Shown here: positions 20,385-30,619 of the stretch, piece by piece
How positions within the stretch are numbered: position 1 is the first letter of the stretch
Layout of the letters: each line of letters opens with the position of its first letter
NCBI GenBank assembly: GCA_963817385.1
Contig: CAWFOM010000014.1
Location: forward strand, 1-64,000
DNA: 64,000 bases
From: an uncultured delta proteobacterium
Lineage (GTDB): Bacteria; Desulfobacterota; Syntrophia; Syntrophales; UBA5619
Direction of reading: 5' to 3'
Notes under the pieces: generated by a model
The model's database searches: none
Told to the model about the DNA's origin: nothing
Seen by the model: the letters and a program-made list of their open reading frames with translations, nothing else
Translations under genes and position numbers: made by a program

Positions 20385-21641
20385 ATGATCGAACAAATCC
20401 AGCATCTCCTGGAAGAAGCTTTTCGACAAGATACCGTCGGGCTTTATTTCCTGATGTTCGGCGGCGGACTTTTTGCCTCTGTGACGCCATGCACCTATCC
20501 GGTGCTTCCGTTGACCGTCGGATATATCGGTAATCAGGCAGGCGCCAACCGATTGAGAGCTTTTCTATTAAGCCTTTCCCTGGTGACCGGCTTGGCGGCG
20601 GTTTATGCCATCCTGGGCGCTATCGTGGCAGCGGTGGGAGGGACATTCGGTTCGATCATGGGAAACGGGTTGGTTCTTTATGCGATCGCCATGTATTTCC
20701 TGATCATGGGACTTTTCCTTCTGGATGTGTTTCATGTGCCCACTCCCAGATTTTTCTCCCGGCTTCACGCCAAGTCGGCAAACAGTAAAGGAATGCTGGG
20801 TGCGTTCGTGATCGGGGGCGTCAGCGGCTTGATTGTCGGTCCGTGTACCGGCCCTATCCTGGCTGTCGCCCTGGGAGCGATTGCCCTCACGCTGAAAACT
20901 GTGCACGGTGTGGGTTATGCCCTGCAGATTGTCAAGGGCGGCATTCTGCTTTTTCTCTTCGGTTTTGGCCAGGGGGCCTTGATTCTCCTGGCGGGAATCT
21001 TTACCGGTTTCATTTTGAAACTCCCCAAAGCAGGGGCCTGGATGGAGGCTGTTAAAAAAGGTTTCGCTTTATCGATCATTATCGCTGCAAGCCTGTTATT
21101 TGTATTTGTGGGTCAAAATACCGATTTCCCGAGTCTCATGCGATTTCTTGCCAGCTCGGAACCCTCCGCGGTGCAGGATCCAGAGCTGAAAGCTTTGTCG
21201 GAATTGAAACCCGGGGCGATTACACCACCTTCAGCAAATCTGGCCGCGGACTTCACCCTCCCATCGTTGGGAGGCAACCCGATTACACTAAGCGATTATA
21301 AGGGGAAAAAAGGAGTCGTGCTGGTGTTCTTCGCGACCTGGTGCGTCAATTGCGTGAAAGAAGTGCCGGAGGTTAAACAATTCGCCGAAATTGCGCAGAA
21401 GGAAAATGTCATCGTGTTCGGCATCGACTACAAGCAACCGGAAGAACTTGTCAAGCGATTTAAAGAGTCCAATCGGATCAATTACGGAATACTCTTGGAT
21501 ACGGAAGGTAAGGTGACAACCGGCATATTCGGCATCAAGGGAATACCGCATATCATCGGCATTAACACGAAAGGTGAAGTTGTTTACCGGGGAACGGCCC
21601 TGCCGGATAATAAAGACGAGTTCATAAAAAATTTAACATGA
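20385..21641 (+). CDS. CcdA/DsbD-beta membrane domain fused to a TlpA-type thioredoxin domain
   Basis: SVTPCTYPVLP and GPCTGPIL in the TM domain; C-terminal FFATWCVNC. Confidence 0.88.
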   Translation: MIEQIQHLLEEAFRQDTVGLYFLMFGGGLFASVTPCTYPVLPLTVGYIGNQAGANRLRAFLLSLSLVTGLAAVYAILGAIVAAVGGTFGSIMGNGLVLYAIAMYFLIMGLFLLDVFHVPTPRFFSRLHAKSANSKGMLGAFVIGGVSGLIVGPCTGPILAVALGAIALTLKTVHGVGYALQIVKGGILLFLFGFGQGALILLAGIFTGFILKLPKAGAWMEAVKKGFALSIIIAASLLFVFVGQNTDFPSLMRFLASSEPSAVQDPELKALSELKPGAITPPSANLAADFTLPSLGGNPITLSDYKGKKGVVLVFFATWCVNCVKEVPEVKQFAEIAQKENVIVFGIDYKQPEELVKRFKESNRINYGILLDTEGKVTTGIFGIKGIPHIIGINTKGEVVYRGTALPDNKDEFIKNLT

Positions 21642-21790
21642 AATTCCCCGGCCTATTCCTCACGTATCCCAAACATTGCCGGGCAGTTTACTATTCATCG
21701 TATACAAACACATCACCGGAATCCATCACTTCCACCTGCACGGTGAACCTCTGTTGAAGGGACATCTTTTGTTGTTTTGTTGCTATGCAT

Positions 21791-21821
21791 AAAAAAACCC
21801 CCGGTCACATGACCGGGGGTT
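21791..21821 (-). terminator. Rho-independent terminator
   Basis: aacccccggtca/tgaccgggggtt stem with an A run on + (U run on -). Confidence 0.8.
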
Positions 21822-21843
21822 CCGTACGTCCGGGTGACAATTA

Positions 21844-22265
21844 TTACTTCTCACCCTTCTTCTTCGGCCCAAGCGGTAAACCTCCAAAAATGTCCTTGTA
21901 AATATCATCCTCCAAGTCAGCACTCCATACCTTTTTCCCCGCTACGATCGATTTCTGTCTGCCTTGATGGATTTCATTTTCGCATTCACCGTCCCGGTGA
22001 TTTTAACCTCCTGGTTGATGTGCCGTGCAAGGATTCCTCTGTCCACATTGGGAACAAAATAATAATCCCCCTTCGCGGCGTCAACAAGCAGCACAAACAC
22101 ATTCTCCGCGGCAATCACGGGATCCTCCATCCCAACGGGACAAACCTTCCCCTGCGTCACGCAGTTGAACCCCTGAATCGAACCGGTAAGGGTTGCGCCG
22201 ATCGCAAAAACCGGTACCATTAAAAACACTACGCCGATGATCATCGCTCCAAAAAATTTCTTCAT
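21844..22265 (-). CDS. exported hypothetical protein; frameshift near 21950
   Basis: Signal peptide, CVTQGKVCP; C-terminus continues in another frame (..VAGKKVWSADLEDDIYK..KKGEK*). Confidence 0.65.
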
Positions 22266-22919
22266 TTTCTCTCCTCCGTTTATTCTTAAGTTTGGTTAAA
22301 TTTATCTGTCCTGGTTAAATTGACTATCCCAAATTCTCCTTCCTATTAATTACTCATACCTCCTTTCTTTCGTTCTATGACGAAAAATGACATGTTTATA
22401 AAAAGTCACGCAGCGATCTTGACCCCAAGATCTCACATGCGCGAATTAATCCCACACCCTGCAAAACGGGATATCGAGCGTCGAAGACATTTACTCCTGC
22501 GCGACTAATTTCGTGCTGAAATTTATCGTTGAATCCCATAACACTTGTTTGTCCATTTTTTTTCATATTCGCATCTCTCAAGAAAATATTTTTTCTCCGG
22601 CTTTAAAAATGTTCACCAATAACGTACAGCAGGTAAAACATCATATCGTTTTCGTTGGTCCTAAAATAATGTTCTTATTCAGTAAAATCAATGAGGGTTG
22701 ATTGACAGGCTAGTGGTAGCAAAATACTACCATAATGATATCTCGCTGAGTATGAAGGATTTGGAACTTCGTCACTGAGGTCAGGGATGTCACGCATCCA
22801 TGACGACATCGTGGATATCGAATTCCGGTATGCTCTGCCAGCCTCACGACTGCGAGGAATCTACGAAAGGAATATTCTAACGCTTCGGAGGGAGCGAAAA
22901 CGGAGGAAAAGAGAAGCCG

Positions 22920-23120
22920 TTACCTGACGCCCTGTTTGCGCCTGTCACGGGACATCTCCCAGATTATACACTGGGTTCTGAATCTACAATAGAGTTTCGG
23001 ATCGATACATTCGCAACAGTGATCGATGTTCATACACCGGCAGCACTCCCGGCAAAAACCCGTCTCGTGCTTTCGACAGACCGCTAATGCTTCGCGATCT
23101 TCATGGTTCTTGCATCGCAT
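22920..23120 (-). CDS. small Cys/His-rich (B-box-like) protein
   Basis: CKNH..CxxH..CRECC..CIDPKLYCRFRTQCII. Confidence 0.7.
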   Translation of the reverse strand: MRCKNHEDREALAVCRKHETGFCRECCRCMNIDHCCECIDPKLYCRFRTQCIIWEMSRDRRKQGVR

Positions 23121-23127
23121 TTCTTAA

Positions 23128-23853
23128 TTACTTCTCTCGAACTTCAGCCCGCATATACCGGAGATTACCCCACTCAGCGAACGCAGCCTTGACAGCCGCC
23201 ACGGCACCCTCGATGCCCATGTAGCCCGTATTGACGATCAGGTCGTAGAAGATGGGGTTTGTCCAATCGGCGCCGAAATGCTTGCAGTGGAAGGCGTTCC
23301 GATCCTTTTCTGTCTTATAGACATAGCGCTCTGCCGTCTCAAAGTCGGTATTTGAGTCCCGCATAACGTTGCGAATCCGGATCTCCCGGGGGGCGATAAG
23401 GCGAACGCGGAAAGTCTCTTCAGGGGGCAGGATAAATTGGCCACCCCTGCCTATAATGATCGTATTCCCCTGTTTACCGATGGTACCGATTACCTTGGTG
23501 AGGTAGCGGATATATTCATCAGGCCAAATGTGACGAGTACGGAAGAGGGAATCAAGCCAGAAGTCCCGCACTCGGACCTCCTTTTCGTCCAGGGATGCGA
23601 TAACCTTCTCGCTTATATCCGCCCGTTCCGCCACCTGCTGGATGATTTTAGAGCCGATTAGATCCATTGTAAGGTCTTTCGCAAGGCGCCGAGCAACCTC
23701 GGTACCGCCGCATCCCGGGTCACGCGAAACGGTTATACAGGGCCGAGGATGGTAGCCTGCGGTCTTCTTTTTTTGCTCGATCCGCTGGCGTTGCCATTTG
23801 GCAATTTGCTCTCCAACGATGTGATCCAATGAACGGCTTGTCGCCCTTTGCAT
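23128..23853 (-). CDS. cytidylate kinase-like family protein
   Basis: ITVSRDPGCGG, IIIGRGG, YDLIVNT; GAGGAGG RBS. Confidence 0.88.
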   Translation of the reverse strand: MQRATSRSLDHIVGEQIAKWQRQRIEQKKKTAGYHPRPCITVSRDPGCGGTEVARRLAKDLTMDLIGSKIIQQVAERADISEKVIASLDEKEVRVRDFWLDSLFRTRHIWPDEYIRYLTKVIGTIGKQGNTIIIGRGGQFILPPEETFRVRLIAPREIRIRNVMRDSNTDFETAERYVYKTEKDRNAFHCKHFGADWTNPIFYDLIVNTGYMGIEGAVAAVKAAFAEWGNLRYMRAEVREK

Positions 23854-23914
23854 AAAGATCCTCCTCGCCAATGAGCGGGGCGTGATTATGAATCGCCGGC
23901 AATCGCGACAAAAC

Positions 23915-24108
23915 AAAAACCCCTCAACGGATACATAATCCTTTTGAGGGGTGGACGGGTGCCGCTGATGCCGTCTTGCCAGCATGCTGGAGTCACGTTA
24001 CTCAATACTTGGTCTTCAAACGGGTGATCGTCACCACTAAGACCCTGCGATTCTTTTCTTAATTCGTCTCCAGTGACATGACTCATTACGCGCATCGCAG
24101 CATCCCGA
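23915..24108 (-). ncRNA. candidate 6S-like small RNA with own promoter and terminator
   Basis: Long self-complementary rod 23956-24107 (CGGGAUGCUGC/GCGGCACCCG; GAUGCGCGU/ACGGCAUC; GAGUCAUGUCACU/AGUAACGUGACUC) with an A-rich central bubble; terminator 23915-23952. Confidence 0.6.
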
Positions 24109-24113
24109 ATTTT

Positions 24114-24142
24114 ATTATAGTCAGGGCTCACTCCTTTGTCAA
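24114..24142 (-). promoter_or_regulatory. consensus sigma70 promoter
   Basis: TTGACA-N17-TATAAT on the minus strand, immediately upstream of the structured RNA. Confidence 0.85.
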
Positions 24143-24157
24143 GACGTCGCAAGAGAC

Positions 24158-25448
24158 TTAAGCTGGATGCTTGGGCGGTTGCATATGCATAGTGACCATT
24201 CCTGAAATGAAAAAAATAACCACAAAAGAATAAAAGGGAAATGCATAACTCCCAAAGAGATCAAAGCAGAGCCCGGCAAAAATCGGACCCAACGCATTGG
24301 CAGTAAAATAAAATGGATTTGACAAACCGTATATGCTGCCAAGAGAACGGCGGCCAAAAAAGTCCGCCCAGACAACGGGGATCATCGGGTTCCTGCCACC
24401 GTGAAAGATCCCGTGCAAGGCCGCCAACAAAAAAATGATACCGATTCCCAAAGCACCGTCATACTTGAACTGGATTGCTAAATAAAGCGCAAGAAATATC
24501 AAGCCATTTCCTACAACGTTTGCCGTTAGAAGGTGCTGAATACGAAACCTTTCGGTAAGCATACCCCATATGGGCGATCCGACCATACCGAAGAGAGCAA
24601 TGGTGGTGAGAACAAAAACGGCGGTAGTTTCACTGAATCCTTGGTCAGTAAGAAATGGATAAATATGAAAATTAATGCCTGCCTGCAGAAACGGGATCAG
24701 GCTGGTAATCAAGGTTAATGTCCAGAACGCCTTGGTACGGGTTGCCTGCGCACGGGTCCAGAGGGGTTCCGGATCGTCACCAAAAGTATCAACGTGTTCT
24801 CCTTCAGTGAACGTATCACCTGCTCCATTTTCGGTTGAAGCAGGCGCTGCACCGTCCGGCAAAAGTCCCATGTCTTCAGGTCTGTGACGGAGAAAGAGCA
24901 AAGCGGGGATGCCGGACATTAAAAAAACCACCACGCCCAGGGTGCCCCAGGCCATTCTCCATCCGAGCGCCAGTATTAAAAACTGGACCATCAAGGGCAA
25001 GAGGGTGCTCCCGAGCCGATCGCCAATCCTCGTGATACCCATAGCCCTGCCTCGGTAACGAACAAACCAGTTGGCCACCGAAACCGATATGCTTAGACTA
25101 AGCACCCCGACGGCAACCATTCTTCCGACCCCAAAAAACAGGTAAAGCTGCCAGAGGTGATTGGCAAACGTCATGGCGCCCAGTCCGAGGCTCAAAAACA
25201 CGATGCCCCAGAACGAGACCATTCTCGGCCCGTACCGATCCAGAATCGGGCCTATCACCAGACGATAATAGCCCGCCACTGATAGAGCCGAAAGCAATCG
25301 CCCCGGTCACCGAAGCCCGAGTCCATCCGAACTCATCCACCATCGGCTTCATGAATATGGACAAAATATTCTGGAAGACGCCGGACTCGGTAAAACCAAT
25401 CAAAAAGGAGACACCGACAATGATCCAGCCATAAAAGGGTCTGCGCAA
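24158..25448 (-). CDS. MFS transporter; frameshift near 25270
   Basis: FYGWIIV..FMKPMVDEFGWTR N-terminus (ORF 25098..25448) joins GPILDRYGPR..WFVRYRGRAMG (ORF 24158..25297). Confidence 0.85.
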
Positions 25449-25538
25449 ATTGTACCTTCCTCATTCCCGGAAGCTATCCGCCCATTTCAAAGAACTGAGT
25501 CAAAGGGGAAATGACGCCATTCGTGGTAATCCCGTCCG

Positions 25539-25727
25539 TCATGGCGCCTGTTTGTTCAGACAATCGGGTTTCCACAGACACTCTTCTTCACAGAGATCTG
25601 TTGTACCAAAACAGGGTGAGTAACCCTCCTTAACCTGAATGTCTCGGATGATATCCTGTTTTGTTCGACCAACTCGTATATCGACGCCCCATTGTCTGGC
25701 AATCCCGCGAACTTCCTGCATCTTCAT
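25539..25727 (-). CDS. small SAP/Rho-N-like domain protein
   Basis: MKMQEVRGIA..TKQDIIRDIQVKEGYSPCFGT..CLWKPDC. Confidence 0.75.
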   Translation of the reverse strand: MKMQEVRGIARQWGVDIRVGRTKQDIIRDIQVKEGYSPCFGTTDLCEEECLWKPDCLNKQAP

Positions 25728-25966
25728 GGAGAACCCCCTTTCTTATCGTTGGGTTAATGAAAAAAGGATTTATGATGATCTTTCAGGTCGCTGACTTTTC
25801 CAACATCATTACGTTAGCCTGATTATATCACAGATCCCTCAGAATCTCCGCACCGATTTCGAGGGACGGAAAAGAGTGGACAATCGGTTCACTATTACGC
25901 ATTATATACAAGCGGGCGTGCACGCGGAGATACTCTCGGACTCTTTGATCAGCCAAAGGCCCTTCC

Positions 25967-26237
25967 TTGAATGACGAAACCCTTTTAAACCAACTCGAAG
26001 AACTGGCTGAGAGGATCGGAATCGCGATTCGTTATGAGAAATTGAACCTGGAGGATTCACCCGGTAGCGGCGGCCTCTGTCGTTTTAACGGTGAGTATGT
26101 TCTGATCATTCACTCCCGGGCAACTCTTCGCGAGAAGATCAGGGTCGTGACAAGGGCGCTCAAGGCAGTTTGACCTCAATGGGATATATCTCAGACCGGT
26201 CCTCCGGGAATTGTTGGAAGAATCTGAGGAATCATAA
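25967..26237 (+). CDS. conserved hypothetical protein; frameshift near 26165
   Basis: LEELAERIGIAIRYE..GGLCR..; continues in another frame as QFDLNGIYLRPVLRELLE. Confidence 0.65.
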
Positions 26238-26265
26238 ACAGCCGGGAAGGCTTGAGGAAACCGGG

Positions 26266-27357
26266 CTATTTATATGCCGAGAAGTCCACCCCTCGGTTTC
26301 TCCCCCGCTCCTCGAACCAGGCCTCCTCGGTTATGGGAGGCTGCACGACGTTATCCCGATCTTTATGAAACAGCCGGATGGCTTCTGCCGGACACGTCCT
26401 GACGCAAAGCCCGCAACCGATGCATCGCTCGGGGATGATCCGATGAGCGTCATCCCCTTCTTCGATAGCGCCTACCTGACAGCGTTTTCCCAAACAGAGC
26501 CCGCAGCCGATGCATGCATCCGGATCAATCTCGGCGTAATAATGGGAATTGACGACATCCGACGCCGGGATGCCCAACTTGTTGATCGCGCCCAGCACAC
26601 CGCAACAACATTTACAGCAATTGCAGATATAGACTGAACCATTCTGCACATTGCTGGTCAGGTGCACGAGCCCATCTTCTTCCGTTTTTTCCAGCAATTC
26701 GTATGCGTCACTTCGCGAGATTACACGCCCTTGCGGGGAATTATCAAAAATCCCGGGTATCGGGGCGACGGCGAGACAAACTTGCACGGGTCTGTCGCAC
26801 GGTCTCTCCAAAAGGCCCTGCTCTTTTTTGCATATGCAATCATTTACGAGAAAAGACTGGCCCGCCTCGATAATGGAGGAAAGCCTTTCATACGGCAGGG
26901 CCTCTTCCTTGGCGGAGATCTCTTCTTCGATGGGAAGTACCTGCATCAGTTGCGGCGCCGCGGAAAAGAATTGCATGCCGTAGACCGGCGCATACTCCTC
27001 ATGCAATATCGCAAATTCCCGATCAAGGCGTCCCATCTGAAATTCATAGATTCCAAAAACCCAGGGGAGCATCTTGAAGTATCTTGTCTTCCCCAGCTTG
27101 ATCATGAAGAGTTGCCCCGATTTTGCCATGGACACCAAGATCATCTGCAACTCTTCCAAAGGGCGTCCGGTCCGTTCGGAGATCTCTTCCGCCGTTTCAA
27201 AGGTCAACCGCATTTCACAGAAAAGCTCGGCCTGTTCCGGCGTAAAAACCTTCTTCAGCAGTTTTATTTCCACACCGCTTTCCGTCGACGGGAAGCCGTT
27301 GGGAAGGGTATCGAGCACTTTGGCTACCTTATGATAGATGGCATCATGCATATTCAT
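26266..27357 (-). CDS. Cys-rich 4Fe-4S binding protein with N-terminal HTH-like region
   Basis: GIYEFQ, CICKK, CNCCKCCC, two CxxCxxCxxxC motifs. Confidence 0.88.
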   Translation of the reverse strand: MNMHDAIYHKVAKVLDTLPNGFPSTESGVEIKLLKKVFTPEQAELFCEMRLTFETAEEISERTGRPLEELQMILVSMAKSGQLFMIKLGKTRYFKMLPWVFGIYEFQMGRLDREFAILHEEYAPVYGMQFFSAAPQLMQVLPIEEEISAKEEALPYERLSSIIEAGQSFLVNDCICKKEQGLLERPCDRPVQVCLAVAPIPGIFDNSPQGRVISRSDAYELLEKTEEDGLVHLTSNVQNGSVYICNCCKCCCGVLGAINKLGIPASDVVNSHYYAEIDPDACIGCGLCLGKRCQVGAIEEGDDAHRIIPERCIGCGLCVRTCPAEAIRLFHKDRDNVVQPPITEEAWFEERGRNRGVDFSAYK

Positions 27358-27670
27358 CCTCCTGCAAAAAGTCTTGACTATTTGGATACGTGTCGTTCAG
27401 CGTTTAGCGGTTCACCGGTAATATACCGTGAGGTGAAGTGTAAGGAAAAGGGGGGAGGGTGTCAAGACAAATGGCTCCCCCTGATAAATGGCCACCCAAT
27501 AATAGTCCTTGACTTAATTCCCCATCCGGTGCTGACTATAAACCATAATTTGGCGGCAGGACTTGCGGGTGAAAGTATGTTTGACGTCTGAAGTTACCTA
27601 CGATTGCTTCCCCGTCTCTCACTGAACAGAGATGTGGATTTGTTATTTCATTGATAATTTGGGAGGCAGC

Positions 27671-27913
27671 ATGGAAGTAAGACTGAAGAAGGAATGGTTA
27701 GGACACCGCTCGGGAGATATTGTAAAGGTAACGGATGATTGTGCGAGCACGCTGTTTCAAAGAGATGCCGCAGAGCAGATGGAGCCGGAGAGTAACGGGG
27801 AAATCAAGCAAAAGATCAGGAGCATGATGGCGGAGAAGATAGTAAAATCACTTAAGACATTAAAGAAACACGCCGGGTCTTCCATTTCTTCCCTGCCGAG
27901 AAAAAGCAATTGA
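27671..27913 (+). CDS. small hypothetical protein
   Basis: GGGAGG RBS, MEVRLKKEWLGHRSGD.. Confidence 0.55.
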   Translation: MEVRLKKEWLGHRSGDIVKVTDDCASTLFQRDAAEQMEPESNGEIKQKIRSMMAEKIVKSLKTLKKHAGSSISSLPRKSN

Positions 27914-28175
27914 TATAATGAATGTAAACGGTTAGCGGGTATCCCTTTCAGTGGAATAACCCGTTGCACATGCCCCGAGAAACGGGAAAAAGAGAGCTGA
28001 AGTGCTCAAGCCAGAGGTGGGATCGTAAGCAGGTAAGTGGATACTTTGGTTACAAGTGGATATCAGAAGCGGATACTTTTTATCCATATTCTCTCCGGAA
28101 AAGATCTTCCCCCTGTCAACCGAAAACAGCTGTAGATATCGTTTTATCCGATAGTTACGCTTCCAAACAAAGGGA

Positions 28176-28190
28176 TGGCACATCCCTTGC
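28176..28190 (+). promoter_or_regulatory. sigma54 (-24/-12) promoter
   Basis: TGGCAC-ATCCC-TTGC exact consensus upstream of the lipoprotein pair. Confidence 0.75.
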
Positions 28191-28314
28191 GATATCCTTA
28201 AAGCAAAGCGGATTGCGTCGTTATAAAAAGAGAAGAGAGACTTACCCTATCGGCAGCAACCATCCCCTTTGCACCGATGGTTTCTGCAGCGTGAAACGAC
28301 AAAGGAGAACGGAG

Positions 28315-28939
28315 ATGATGATGACTGAATGCAAGAAAATACTGCTAAACCAGGCTGCCGGCACAGAGGGCATCAAAGACTTGTGTTTGGCTTCTGCTGC
28401 TTTCAGCGATCGTTTCGGTGAGTGCATGCTATCCTGCGCCATATCGCGCCGCTCCACGATCCATGCCTGGAGATACCGTCGGGGCCCCAACATTCATCCC
28501 CCCTCAGGTGTATTTTTACCCGAGAGCGGGACAGACAACCGAGCAGCAATCCCGTGACCACTACGAATGTTATAATTGGGCGGTTAACCAGACCGGCTTC
28601 GATCCCGCTCAGTCATCGCTCCCGACCGATCAGCGCGTGAGGGTGGTGCCGATGCCCCCGCCGGGGTACGATACCGCCACTCTGGCAATAGCTGGTGCCG
28701 TGCTTGGCGCTCTGATCGGCGGACCGAGACATGCCGCGGGTGGCGCTCTGATCGGCGCAGCCGGAGGGGCTATCGCCGGTGCTGCATCGGATTCGGCGAG
28801 GCAGGAATCCGCCCTGCAGCAAGAGGAAGCTTATGCCGCGCGAGATCGGGCCCGCTACGCCAGTAGTGACGCAAGGGTCCTCGGTTTCCGACGTGCAATG
28901 TCCGCCTGTCTTGAAGGCCGCGGTTATAGCGTTCGATGA
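28315..28939 (+). CDS. glycine-zipper lipoprotein; frameshift near 28345
   Basis: Lipobox-like ..LLLLSAIVSVSAC, glycine zipper GAVLGALIGG..GALIGAAGGAIAG, C-terminal RAMSACLEGRGYSV. Confidence 0.7.
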
Positions 28940-29002
28940 CGGCAATGAAAAATCGGTGTGAAGAACTGAAGAACCTTTTTTGATTTTATGGAGGCAAGAG
29001 CC

Positions 29003-29677
29003 ATGACCTATCATTACCATGCGAATAGATACCTTACCCTGGGGTTGATGTTGGTTGTGCTATCGGGTATCCTACTGTTCGGGTTGACGCGAGTCGCCGA
29101 TGCGGATAGCCGCGGGGGCCACAATCGCGAATTCCGCGATTCACGTTATCATCTTGACCGTTCCTACCCGGCACGCGGTCAGGAAATCAGAGCATTGCCC
29201 CGCGACCATCGGGTGGTGGTTCACGGTGGTGCACGATACTACTTCTCCGGGGGCGTCTGGTACCGACCGCGGGGGCCGCGTTTCATCATCACCGCACCGC
29301 CATTCGGTCTTTTTGTCCCTTTCCTGCCGCCCTATTATGCAACAATCTGGGTAGCCGGAGTGCCATACTACTATGCCAATGAGATCTATTATGCCCACCG
29401 GGGAGACGGCTATGTCGTTGTCGAGCCGCCGAAGGAGGAGGCCAGCCAGACGCCGCCGCCTGCGGACCAGATGTTCATCTATCCCCGCCTGGGCCAGAGC
29501 GAACAGAAACAGGCGGATGACCGTTATGATTGCCACCGGTGGGCGGTCAGCCAGACAAGCTTCGACCCGACTCAGCCGCCCGGAAGCCCGGCCGAACCGC
29601 CAAAGCCCGAGAAGCGCGCGGATTATCAGCGGGCCATGGGCGCCTGCCTCGATGGTCGCGGTTATACCGTGAAATAA
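29003..29677 (+). CDS. exported Pro/Tyr-rich protein (DUF6515-like) sharing a domain with the upstream gene
   Basis: Signal peptide, YYFSGGVWYRP, IYPRLGQSEQKQADDRYDCHRWAV, RAMGACLDGRGYTVK. Confidence 0.75.
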   Translation: MTYHYHANRYLTLGLMLVVLSGILLFGLTRVADADSRGGHNREFRDSRYHLDRSYPARGQEIRALPRDHRVVVHGGARYYFSGGVWYRPRGPRFIITAPPFGLFVPFLPPYYATIWVAGVPYYYANEIYYAHRGDGYVVVEPPKEEASQTPPPADQMFIYPRLGQSEQKQADDRYDCHRWAVSQTSFDPTQPPGSPAEPPKPEKRADYQRAMGACLDGRGYTVK

Positions 29678-29761
29678 CGGGGGAAGATGGCCGTTTACGG
29701 CCAGAACCCCGGAAGGAAGAGCTCCACGGAAAAGCAAGGGAGCATCGGGAGAACAGCAAGA

Positions 29762-30607
29762 TTACCTCCCGGTGGTCAAATGCCCCTCAAGCCACGTCTC
29801 GACGTCGGCAAGCACCTGGTCGTGTTCCGGCTCGTTAAACACCTCGTGGTATAAACCGTCGTAGACGATGAGCTTCTTATCGGCGGAGGAGACCGTGTTA
29901 TAGAGCAGCCGGGCGCCGGTCGGATCGACCAGTTTGTCCGCACCACCCTGCACGATCAGAAGAGGGAGGGTGATTTGTCCCGCCTCCGCCCGGATGCGCT
30001 CCATCGCGCCGAGCATTTCGGCGCCCAGCCGCGCCGTTATTTTCTCCTTGCACACCAGCGGATCGGCCAGATACGCCTCCACCACCGCAGGATCGCGGCT
30101 CACATCCCCCGCCTGTAGCGGTACCAGCCCCATCCGGGGGATCAGGAAGGAAAGCATCCGGCCCGCCACAATGACCGCTTTCGGGATATTGCCGGGCGGC
30201 TTGACCGCCGGACCGGAAAGGACGGCCCCGGCCAGTCCGGCCTGGTGAACAGTCAGATACAGTGCGCCGATCAGTCCCCCCATACTGTGCCCAACCAGGA
30301 AAACCGGTTTGCCGGGCTGCCAATCGCGGATCATGTCAAAGATTGCCTTAAGCGGCTCCGTATAATCGGTGAAATGCTCCACGTAAAGCCGCTGCCCGTC
30401 CGACCTGCCGTGCCCGAGGTGGTCAATTCCGTAGACGGCATAGCCCCGGGGAACGAAGCGGTTGACGACGTTCATATACCGCCCGCTGTGTTCCCCCAGC
30501 CCGTGCACGATGAAGAGCGTGGCCTTCACCGCCCCCTCCGGCAGCCAGCACTGGTAATAGAGGCTGGCATTCCGAACGCCTTTGAAGAACCCATCCTGAT
30601 GCTTCAT
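29762..30607 (-). CDS. alpha/beta hydrolase, lysophospholipase/monoacylglycerol lipase family
   Basis: VHGLGEHSGRY, GHSMGG, LYHEVFNE. Confidence 0.92.
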   Translation of the reverse strand: MKHQDGFFKGVRNASLYYQCWLPEGAVKATLFIVHGLGEHSGRYMNVVNRFVPRGYAVYGIDHLGHGRSDGQRLYVEHFTDYTEPLKAIFDMIRDWQPGKPVFLVGHSMGGLIGALYLTVHQAGLAGAVLSGPAVKPPGNIPKAVIVAGRMLSFLIPRMGLVPLQAGDVSRDPAVVEAYLADPLVCKEKITARLGAEMLGAMERIRAEAGQITLPLLIVQGGADKLVDPTGARLLYNTVSSADKKLIVYDGLYHEVFNEPEHDQVLADVETWLEGHLTTGR

Positions 30608-30619
30608 TGAAGAACCTCC

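Noticed and set aside
23886..24152. 88-aa ORF MRRLDKGVSP..
   Set aside because: It spans a consensus promoter, a structured RNA and a terminator, so a non-coding interpretation fits better.
27480..27913. Possible prophage remnant or att site around the small MEVRLKKEWLGH.. gene
   Set aside because: No integrase, tRNA end or other phage gene is visible; the resemblance is too weak.
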